Assembly (NCBI RefSeq): GCF_014396165.1
Contig: NZ_CP060715.1
Coordinates: 930,001 to 962,000, forward strand
From: Erysipelothrix inopinata
GTDB taxonomy: Bacteria > Bacillota_I > Bacilli_A > Erysipelotrichales > Erysipelotrichaceae
Length of the DNA: 32,000 nt
Direction: 5' to 3'
Positions 8,691 to 16,655 of this stretch are shown in pieces. Position numbers and translations under genes: made by a program. The notes beneath the pieces are model-generated. The model was given only the letters and a program-made list of their open reading frames with translations, had not been told where the DNA came from and ran no database searches. Position 1 is the first letter of the stretch. Every line of letters starts with the position of its first letter.

Positions 8691-10244
8691 ATGAAGAAGT
8701 ATAGTGAACAGATTCAACGATTTGGACGCTCATTGCTTTTACCAATTGGGGTAATGGCACCCGTTGGATTACTACTCGGAATTAGTGGCGCATTTTCTCA
8801 AAAATATATGATTGAGCTGCTACCTTTCTTGGGGAATCCAGCTGTTAGCCAAATTTTTATTGGTATACGTACAATGAGTGATGTTATCTTTAATAACTTA
8901 CCGCTATTATTTGCAATGGGAGTTGCATATGGAATGTCGCGTAAGGATAAAGGAATTGCAGTATTTTCATCAGTACTTGCATATTTAATATTGATGATTG
9001 TCATGAATATTTGGTTAACAAATACAGGAAACCTTATCAAAGAAGGAAATATTGCTGTTGGTGGACAAGCCATGGTGCTTGGTATTCAAACTGTAAACGT
9101 TAACGTATTTGGAGGGATAATAGCTGGTCTTATTGCATCTTGGGCAACAGACAAGTATTATGATCTTCAACTTCCAATGGCATTCGCGTTCTTTGCAGGT
9201 AGAAAATCAGTTCCTCTGATCTCTATGGGTGTAGCAATTGTATTTGGACTTATAATTCCTTTTTTCTGGGAATATCTAATCGCATTCTTTGCAAGTATGT
9301 CGGGATTATTACTGAGTCCAATTTTAGGCCAAATATTAAACGGGGTTATTAACCGTTTGCTTATTCCTTTCGGATTGCATCATGTTTGGAATGCAATGCT
9401 CCGTTTCACAGAGGCTGGTGGAGTCTATTTAATTAATGGAGTTGAGTACATTGGTTACCTAGATGCGATGAACGAAATCCTATTTAATTTGGGACCAGAT
9501 AGTGAGTATTGGGCAATGATGCCAGAATTAACTCGATTTGGAGCTCAAAACCAGATGGTTCGTGCATTGTTTGTATTCCCAGCAATAGGACTTGCAATGT
9601 ATCATACTGCATATAATGAGAATAAAGCTATGGCGAAAGGTTTGATCATTACCAGTGTTGCAACTGCATTCTTTGGTAATGTTACCGAACCATTAGAGTT
9701 TACTTTCTTATTTATTGCTCCAGGACTCTTCTTAATATATTCTGTTTTAGGTGCTATTGGTGGTATTGCTCTTTACTTCATGAATACTGCTGTTGGTTAT
9801 ATTCGTGGAACGATATTTGATTTTATAATATTTGGAGTAATGTTTAAGAATTCAAACTGGATAAATATTGTGATAGTCGGAGTTATAGAAGCGGTATTAA
9901 TATACTTCATATTCAAATGGTGGATTGTTAAGTTTAATGTTCCGACACCGGGACGAGAAGACTCTGCAGGGACAGATAATATATTAATTACTGAACGACG
10001 TTTCGATGAAGTAGCTGCACTCGTGATTGAAGGATTAGGTGGAGCATCAAATATAGGAAACGTAGAAAATTGTATAACAAGACTTCGAGTCGACTTTAAA
10101 GATAAAACGAAAATTAATAATGATTTACTTAAGAAATCTGGATGTTCAGGTGTGTTCTTCCCATCAAGCGGACACATTCATGTTGTTTACGGACCTATGG
10201 TTGAATTTGTAAGAAATGCTGTCGATGATCAACTTGGACGATAA
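8691..10244 (+). CDS. PTS glucose/maltose-family EIICB component (MalX/GlvC-like)
   Basis: Polytopic EIIC with IPFGLHHVWN. C-terminal EIIB with the phospho-Cys motif NCITRLRV. AGGAGGAG SD precedes ATG 8691, and the track start 8673 sits inside the SD. Confidence 0.85.
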   Translation: MKKYSEQIQRFGRSLLLPIGVMAPVGLLLGISGAFSQKYMIELLPFLGNPAVSQIFIGIRTMSDVIFNNLPLLFAMGVAYGMSRKDKGIAVFSSVLAYLILMIVMNIWLTNTGNLIKEGNIAVGGQAMVLGIQTVNVNVFGGIIAGLIASWATDKYYDLQLPMAFAFFAGRKSVPLISMGVAIVFGLIIPFFWEYLIAFFASMSGLLLSPILGQILNGVINRLLIPFGLHHVWNAMLRFTEAGGVYLINGVEYIGYLDAMNEILFNLGPDSEYWAMMPELTRFGAQNQMVRALFVFPAIGLAMYHTAYNENKAMAKGLIITSVATAFFGNVTEPLEFTFLFIAPGLFLIYSVLGAIGGIALYFMNTAVGYIRGTIFDFIIFGVMFKNSNWINIVIVGVIEAVLIYFIFKWWIVKFNVPTPGREDSAGTDNILITERRFDEVAALVIEGLGGASNIGNVENCITRLRVDFKDKTKINNDLLKKSGCSGVFFPSSGHIHVVYGPMVEFVRNAVDDQLGR

Positions 10245-10274
10245 CAAAGGAAAATAAAGGAAACGGAGGAAAAC

Positions 10275-11462
10275 ATGTATTTATATTCTAAGAATATTTA
10301 CTTTCCTAATCAAATAAAAAGGGAAGGATATCTAAAAATTGAGGAAGGTGTTATTACAGGGTTTGTTACTAACATTGGTTCAGAAAGTTTTGAAGATTAT
10401 GAAAACTATCTAATAATACCTGGATTTATAGATCAACATCTTCATGGATGGGGTACAGGTTCGTTTGGAAATGACAAAACTCATCATGGGTTGTTAGAAA
10501 TGAAAAAACATCTTCCATCAGTTGGAGTGACAAGTTTCTTGGCAACATCTGGTGCTGAGCCAATTGAAGATTTAATTCAAGGAATTAAGACAAGCTGCGA
10601 GATAATGGAAACACAGAAAGATGATGGAGCAAGTTTACTAGGCGTTCATCTCGAGGGTCCATTTGTAAGTCCTAAGCAAAAAGGCATGATGCGCGAAGAA
10701 TTTTTTAGAGATCCATCCGTTTCACTAATGGAAACATTCGTAGAAACTCAAACGGTGCCAAACGCAATTAAGTTGATGACTATGGCACCTGAATTACCCG
10801 GATCAAAAGAAGTAATAAAATTTTGTAAGGCAAATGGAATTCAAATAAATATTGGACACTCACACGCTACTTTTGAAGAAATAGCAAATCTCAAAGAATA
10901 TGGATTAGGTGGTGTAACCCACATGTTTAGCGGCATGAGAGGATTTCATCATCGTGAGCTGGGCGTAGCCGGAACAGCACTATTCTTTGATGACTTGTAC
11001 TGTGAATTTGCGAAGCAAACGGGAATGACTGTGAAACCGGAAGCATTCCAAATAGCATATCGACTAAAAGGACCTGATCGTATTATTATGACTACAGATA
11101 ATACAGCGATGGCACAGCTTACGCAAGAGCGATATCATTATATACGAAAACAAACATTTATACCTGATGGGGATTGGTTTGTTATCCGAAATGATGATGG
11201 AAGTGAGCAACGATATGATAGAACAGATTATGAACAAGTTAAACATCTTGAATTAAGTTATATTGAATCAATTCAAAATTTAATAAAAAATGTTCATCCA
11301 TCAGTGCATGATGTTATTAAGATGACATCTGAAAACTGCGCAAAGTATCTAAATGTATATGATCGTAAAGGATCAATCGAAGTAGGGAAAGATGCAGATT
11401 TGCTTATCATTGATGAAGACTTTAACATCCATGCAACATATTGTATGGGGAAGAAATACTAA
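10275..11462 (+). CDS. nagA: NagA-family amidohydrolase (N-acetylglucosamine-6-phosphate deacetylase-like), paralog 1
   Basis: 395 aa. Carries HxH (IDQHLHG), GVHLEGPF, IGHSHAT, THMFSGM and MTTDN metal/catalytic motifs. The true substrate is not established. Confidence 0.75.
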   Translation: MYLYSKNIYFPNQIKREGYLKIEEGVITGFVTNIGSESFEDYENYLIIPGFIDQHLHGWGTGSFGNDKTHHGLLEMKKHLPSVGVTSFLATSGAEPIEDLIQGIKTSCEIMETQKDDGASLLGVHLEGPFVSPKQKGMMREEFFRDPSVSLMETFVETQTVPNAIKLMTMAPELPGSKEVIKFCKANGIQINIGHSHATFEEIANLKEYGLGGVTHMFSGMRGFHHRELGVAGTALFFDDLYCEFAKQTGMTVKPEAFQIAYRLKGPDRIIMTTDNTAMAQLTQERYHYIRKQTFIPDGDWFVIRNDDGSEQRYDRTDYEQVKHLELSYIESIQNLIKNVHPSVHDVIKMTSENCAKYLNVYDRKGSIEVGKDADLLIIDEDFNIHATYCMGKKY

Positions 11463-11479
11463 AACCCGGAGGATAAATC

Positions 11480-11962
11480 ATGTTTAGTAAAATTTTCAAA
11501 CCAAAACCTTTAGATTTGGTATCTCCCATGATGGGAAAGGTAATTGCAATGGAACATGTGAATGATCCTGTATTTTCGGAAAAGGCGATGGGAGACGGAT
11601 TCGCTATAGAGTTCACTGACGGAAACGTTTTTGCTCCCGTTGACGGTGAGGTTGTAGCATTATTTCCTACAAATCATGCGATTGGTATTAGGGGGAATGA
11701 TCGTAATGAATTCTTAATACATATTGGTCTTGATACTGTGAATTTCAAAGGAGAAGGATTTAAAGCACATGTTGAAATGGGGCAACAAGTTAAGAAAGGT
11801 GACTTACTTTTAGAAGTAAATCACAAATTTTTCAAAGATAATGATGTGGATATGACATCTCCTGTTATAGTAACAAATTTAAATGGAAGACGTGTTATTT
11901 TGTTAAAAGATGGAGAAAATGTAGAATCAGGAACACCTGGAATTATTGCGATTAAGGTTTAG
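11480..11962 (+). CDS. PTS EIIA(Glc)-type component
   Basis: 160 aa with the two conserved His contexts FPTNHAIGIR and EFLIHIGLDTV. Starts 17 nt after the preceding gene. Confidence 0.85.
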   Translation: MFSKIFKPKPLDLVSPMMGKVIAMEHVNDPVFSEKAMGDGFAIEFTDGNVFAPVDGEVVALFPTNHAIGIRGNDRNEFLIHIGLDTVNFKGEGFKAHVEMGQQVKKGDLLLEVNHKFFKDNDVDMTSPVIVTNLNGRRVILLKDGENVESGTPGIIAIKV

Positions 11963-11970
11963 GAGGAAAT

Positions 11971-12741
11971 ATGGGAACAATTAAAGAGTTATCAAGAGAG
12001 ACTGTACGTGATAATCGACTCATAGTACTAGTTGGTACTTTAGGATATGCTTCTGTCACGGCATTAATTTCTGGAATCTTTCAAGTTATAAATTTATGGT
12101 GGATTGGAATTATACCGATGACACTATGTGTTTACGCATATTTATATAAAATCCATGAGTTAAGTCTAAAAATGGTCAAACATCAAGAAATAACAATAAC
12201 CATGTTTTTTGAGAAACCGTTTGGGTCTAAGAAAACAACGATAGTTTTCCTAGGATATATTATATGGGCGCTGATTACAGCTGCAACTCTGTTTTTAATT
12301 ACGATTGTTCCTAAAATGGGGATTTTATTACTCATTCTAATCTTTTGTATGCTGGTATTTGGTAATGAAGTAAGTAACTTCGTCATGTTACAAGATGATC
12401 TTGATGAAGGTATTTTAAAAAGCTATAAACAAGCAATTAACAGTGTTCTTACAAACAGATCACTTTTTGGACATAATATGTTGCGTTCCTTTACTGCAAT
12501 GGTTCAAGGTGTCATTCTCGTTGTTTGTACTAATGTATTTGTTTATGGACCTCAGATTCAAAAAGCACTTCAGTTGGATGTATCCACATCTGAAAGTACA
12601 ATCCGAATGATATTTTCAAGTCCATTAAGTTCATTTGTACAAACTGTTGGAATTCAAGTAGTAATCCTATACATACTCTTTATTAGTACAATAGTCACTA
12701 CAACTTATGCTAAGCAAAAACAAATAATCAAACTACATTAA
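11971..12741 (+). CDS. Polytopic membrane protein of unknown function (possibly DUF975-like)
   Basis: 256 aa with about 6 hydrophobic helices. GGAGGAAAT SD, 8 nt after the EIIA stop. I recognised no catalytic motif. Confidence 0.6.
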   Translation: MGTIKELSRETVRDNRLIVLVGTLGYASVTALISGIFQVINLWWIGIIPMTLCVYAYLYKIHELSLKMVKHQEITITMFFEKPFGSKKTTIVFLGYIIWALITAATLFLITIVPKMGILLLILIFCMLVFGNEVSNFVMLQDDLDEGILKSYKQAINSVLTNRSLFGHNMLRSFTAMVQGVILVVCTNVFVYGPQIQKALQLDVSTSESTIRMIFSSPLSSFVQTVGIQVVILYILFISTIVTTTYAKQKQIIKLH

Positions 12742-12778
12742 CAATTGCTTCGCTTCTCAGTGAAGCAATTGTTTTAAA
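12742..12778 (+). terminator. Intrinsic terminator inside the carbohydrate island
   Basis: CAATTGCTTCGCT-TCTC-AGTGAAGCAATTG (13-bp stem, one G-U) followed by TTTTAAAAATT. It starts immediately after the stop at 12741. Confidence 0.7.
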
Positions 12779-12796
12779 AATTGAAAAGGAGAAATT

Positions 12797-13990
12797 ATGA
12801 TTTATTATTCGAAAAATATTGTCACACCTCGCGGAGTCATTGAAGGGTTTCTGAAAGTATCTAATGGCAAGATTGTAGGTGTTTCAAATGAGTGCAAAGA
12901 ACCCTTTATAGACTATACTGATGAAATAATTTTGCCTGGTTTTATTGATGTTCATGTACATGGTTGGGGTCGGGGATCATATATGTTTGAAAAGACACCA
13001 GAGTCTATCGTGTTGATGGCAGAAGATCAAGCTAAGGAAGGTGTAACTGGATTTTTAGCAACTACAGTTACGGATTCCTTGGAAGAAACATATAGATATA
13101 TAGAAGCAGCAAATGAAATATATGGAAAACCAATTCACGGTTCTAAGTTCATGGGAGTCCATTTAGAGGGGCCATTTATGAATAAAGAACATAAAGGTAT
13201 GCAGAAGGAAGAATACTGTATTAATCCGGACTTAAGCTTGATGAAGTCTTTTGTCGACCTCCAAGTAGAACCGCGAATGATAAAACTTATGACAATTGCT
13301 CCAGAATTGGATGGATCAAAAGAAGTTATCAAGTATTGCAAAGAGAATGGAATTCAATTATCTATTGGGCACTCTGGTGCTACATTTGATGTTATTTCTG
13401 AACTTAAAGAATACGGACTTGGCGGTGTTACCCACATGTTTAGTGGCATGAAGGGAATTCATCATCGTGAGCTAGGTGTGGTAGGAACAGCACTATATTA
13501 TGATGACTTAATGTGTGAGTTCGCAAAACAAACTGGAATGACAGTAAGACATGAGGCATTTGATATTGTATATCGTATCAAAGGGGCAGATGGTATTTTT
13601 ATGACAACCGATTGCGCAGGACTAGCAAATCGAAGAGAGCCATCCTATCATTATGTCAGAAAAATTACATTCTCTCGTGAAGGTAATGAATTTATAATGA
13701 AACATGACAGTGGTGAAGTTGAAAGAATCAATATTGATGACTATTCTTCATTGAGAACGTTGGAGATGGGATATATTGATTCAATTAAAAACATGTTGAG
13801 ACATACTCCAATGACTTATCCCGAATTAGCAAAAATCACGAGTTTAAATCCTGCTCGATATATAGGGATGGATGATCACAAAGGTAAAATTCAAGAAGGT
13901 TATGATGCGGACTTAACGATAGTCACTCCTCATATGACGCTATGCGAGACTGTTGTAGAAGGAGAGCGTGTCGTCGTTGTTGAGAGATAA
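12797..13990 (+). CDS. nagA: NagA-family amidohydrolase, paralog 2
   Basis: 397 aa with the same motif set (IDVHVHG, GVHLEGPF, IGHSGAT, THMFSGM, MTTDC). Roughly half its residues are identical to paralog 1 by eye. Confidence 0.75.
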   Translation: MIYYSKNIVTPRGVIEGFLKVSNGKIVGVSNECKEPFIDYTDEIILPGFIDVHVHGWGRGSYMFEKTPESIVLMAEDQAKEGVTGFLATTVTDSLEETYRYIEAANEIYGKPIHGSKFMGVHLEGPFMNKEHKGMQKEEYCINPDLSLMKSFVDLQVEPRMIKLMTIAPELDGSKEVIKYCKENGIQLSIGHSGATFDVISELKEYGLGGVTHMFSGMKGIHHRELGVVGTALYYDDLMCEFAKQTGMTVRHEAFDIVYRIKGADGIFMTTDCAGLANRREPSYHYVRKITFSREGNEFIMKHDSGEVERINIDDYSSLRTLEMGYIDSIKNMLRHTPMTYPELAKITSLNPARYIGMDDHKGKIQEGYDADLTIVTPHMTLCETVVEGERVVVVER

Positions 13991-15180
13991 TGAAACGATT
14001 TAGTGATCGTACGGTAGTAGTACTATTTGTTATCTATGGATTTGAAGCCGTGGCGGCAAATTTAGCACATCCAATAACACCGAATTTAATCGAATACCGC
14101 AATATGCCTAATTATATGTTCGGAGTAGTATTTGCAGCAATGTCCCTAACAAATTTTTTGTTATCACCCTTTTGGGGGAATATATGTAATCATATTGAGT
14201 CAAGAAAATTGCTAATGATTAGCGGTATTGGTTATGCTGTTGGCCAAGGCATGTTTGGAATAGCAACGAATCCGTTGGTGATGACGATGGCTCGCTTTGT
14301 ATCAGGTTTATTTGTATCATGTATGAGCATCGCTGCAACATATTATGTTATTCTACACTCACCTCCAGAAGAAAAATCCAGAAATTTAACAATCACAATT
14401 ACGACATTTACAGTAATGGGAACTTTTGGATATTTCTTAGGGGGATACTTAGGGAACATAAATATTTTTATTCCATTCCTACTTCAATGTATTCTACTTA
14501 GCTTATCGGGAATTTTATACTATATATTTCTTAAACCAAATTCTGTAGTGAAAGTGGCTAACTACAAGGAACTTATACATAAGTCAAACCCAGTTCAATC
14601 ATTCATAGACATTGGACCAAGTCTCAGCCCACTAGTTATTTCACTCTTTGCTACGGTTTTATTTGCATCGCTAGCATCAACATCATTTACACAAAACTAT
14701 GCTTATTACTTACAAAATACATTGGGTATGAGTCCATTAATTAATGGAATAACCAAAGGTCTTGTTGGTATATTTGCGACAATTTTCAATTTTACGATCA
14801 CGCTAATGATTTTAAGGAAAAATGATGTAGAAAAGCATTTAAGTTATCTCTTTGCAGTATTAGCTTCAGTTCTTACAATTATCGGATTATACCGATCTAA
14901 TCCAACCATTTTTATTGTATTGGGAATCGTTGTTATGGTTTTAGATACAATCCAAGTATCAATTTTGCAAGACAGAAATGCTGCTTACGCAACACCTGAG
15001 AATCAAGGTGTTATGTTAGGCATGCACAATGCAATGAAGGCGTTAGGAATGATTGGTGGATCTTTAATTTCTGGATTCATATATGATTTCAATCCATTTT
15101 ATCCTTTCGTGATGACGTTAATTCTTTATGTGCTAGCTATGTTCAGTGCAAACAAATTAAGGAAAAGGAGTTGTTTATGA
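13990..15180 (+). CDS. MFS transporter (MFS_1, drug/metabolite-type)
   Basis: 396 aa with about 12 TM helices. The start overlaps the NagA-2 stop (TAATG). Confidence 0.75.
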   Translation: MKRFSDRTVVVLFVIYGFEAVAANLAHPITPNLIEYRNMPNYMFGVVFAAMSLTNFLLSPFWGNICNHIESRKLLMISGIGYAVGQGMFGIATNPLVMTMARFVSGLFVSCMSIAATYYVILHSPPEEKSRNLTITITTFTVMGTFGYFLGGYLGNINIFIPFLLQCILLSLSGILYYIFLKPNSVVKVANYKELIHKSNPVQSFIDIGPSLSPLVISLFATVLFASLASTSFTQNYAYYLQNTLGMSPLINGITKGLVGIFATIFNFTITLMILRKNDVEKHLSYLFAVLASVLTIIGLYRSNPTIFIVLGIVVMVLDTIQVSILQDRNAAYATPENQGVMLGMHNAMKALGMIGGSLISGFIYDFNPFYPFVMTLILYVLAMFSANKLRKRSCL

Positions 15181-16364
15181 AAAGCAGTTTTAACACAATA
15201 AATTGTCGGCGTAATGATGGATCAGTTAAATGGCAACGATTTATTGAACAATGCCCCAAAGTAGAAGAGGGAATCATTCCATTTACTTTGGCGGATTGCG
15301 ATTTTGAACATCCTAAAGAACTACGAGAAGGGCTTCAAAATTATTTGGACACAATGGTTTTTGGGTATACAATTCCAACAAAAAAGTACTATGATTCGGT
15401 CAAAAGTTGGTTTTTTAGAAGACATCATTGGGAACTTGATGAAAAATCGATACTTCATTCACCTGGGGTATTACCGGCCATTTCAAATTCAATTCAAGCT
15501 TTTACTAAAGAACAAGATAGTATACTAATTTTATCTCCAGTTTATTATCCTTTTAAAAGAATAATCGAATCTTTGAATCGAAATGTTACTGAAGTTAACC
15601 TTATCTACGAAAATGGTGTATATAATTTGGATGAGAATTCTTTAGAGAAGGCAATCCAGCAAAATAAAGTTAGGGTAATTATTTTATGTTCGCCACATAA
15701 TCCTATCGGAAAAGTATGGAAGAGAGAAGAATTGGAAGTAATTGTAGAACTGTGTGTTAAATATAATATTCTAATTATTGACGATGAAATTCATCATGAC
15801 TTGATTATGCCAGGTCACCAACATCTTTGCCTACCAACTCTTAGTGAAGAAGCCAAAGCGCGAACAATTTTACTGACATCAACAAGTAAAAGCTTTAATT
15901 TAGCCGGGTTGCGTACGTCTATCGTAATAATAGAGAACGACGAACTAAGATCTAAATATGAAAACTATGCCCGACACATGGAGTCGGGAATCTTATCGGT
16001 AAATGCATTTGGATTAAAAGCAACCGAGATTGCATATAATGAGTGTGGGGACTGGTTGGATTCATTTATTTTACATATTTTTGAAAATCATAAATTAGTT
16101 AAGGTTTTTTTTGAAACTAATTTACCACAAATCCATGTATTACCATTGGAGGGAACATACCTGCAATGGATTGATTTTAATCAGTTAAATCTTGATGAGG
16201 AACAATTAGTTGATAGGATGGAAAAATTGTCCAACGTGTATTGCGATCATGGCAAGCTATTTGGTGCGAATGGTAAGGGATTCTTTAGGATGAACCTTGC
16301 GTATCCACAAGATATAATTATTAACGCTCTTAAAAGAATCGAAAAAGAATTCAAAGTTAATTGA
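15177..16364 (+). CDS. PLP-dependent MalY/PatB-family beta C-S lyase (class I/II aminotransferase fold)
   Basis: PLP-lysine context TSTSKSFNLAGLR, SPHNPIGKVW, IIDDEIHHDL. AAGGAG SD lies 6 nt before ATG 15177. ATGA overlap with the MFS stop. Confidence 0.8.
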   Translation: MKSSFNTINCRRNDGSVKWQRFIEQCPKVEEGIIPFTLADCDFEHPKELREGLQNYLDTMVFGYTIPTKKYYDSVKSWFFRRHHWELDEKSILHSPGVLPAISNSIQAFTKEQDSILILSPVYYPFKRIIESLNRNVTEVNLIYENGVYNLDENSLEKAIQQNKVRVIILCSPHNPIGKVWKREELEVIVELCVKYNILIIDDEIHHDLIMPGHQHLCLPTLSEEAKARTILLTSTSKSFNLAGLRTSIVIIENDELRSKYENYARHMESGILSVNAFGLKATEIAYNECGDWLDSFILHIFENHKLVKVFFETNLPQIHVLPLEGTYLQWIDFNQLNLDEEQLVDRMEKLSNVYCDHGKLFGANGKGFFRMNLAYPQDIIINALKRIEKEFKVN

Positions 16365-16381
16365 TAACTAACAATATAGAG

Positions 16382-16408
16382 ACGAAGTACAAACTTCGTT
16401 TTTTTTTA
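16382..16408 (+). terminator. Intrinsic terminator closing the carbohydrate island
   Basis: ACGAAGT-ACAA-ACTTCGT followed by T9. Confidence 0.8.
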
Positions 16409-16655
16409 TCTTGGAAATTAAAAAACACTGTTAATTAAGAACTGCTTGTGAATATTTCATTGGAAGTACATATTGCTATAAATAAGAAATGATACGATAC
16501 GAATAAAGATGATTGTAATATGAATCAACTTTGCGATTAAAAATTATTGTAAAGATTAAATTGAAAAGGAGGCAATAGCACACAAACAATAAAATAGTGA
16601 TGAAAGCAAAAGTTATTTCTTGAATCTTAACTAATTATTTGAAGGGAGACTTAAT

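Noticed and set aside
16563-16572. Orphan strong SD (AAAGGAGG) in the surface-protein upstream region.
   Set aside because: No start codon lies within 5-12 nt. The nearest ATG (16600) opens only a 7-codon ORF.
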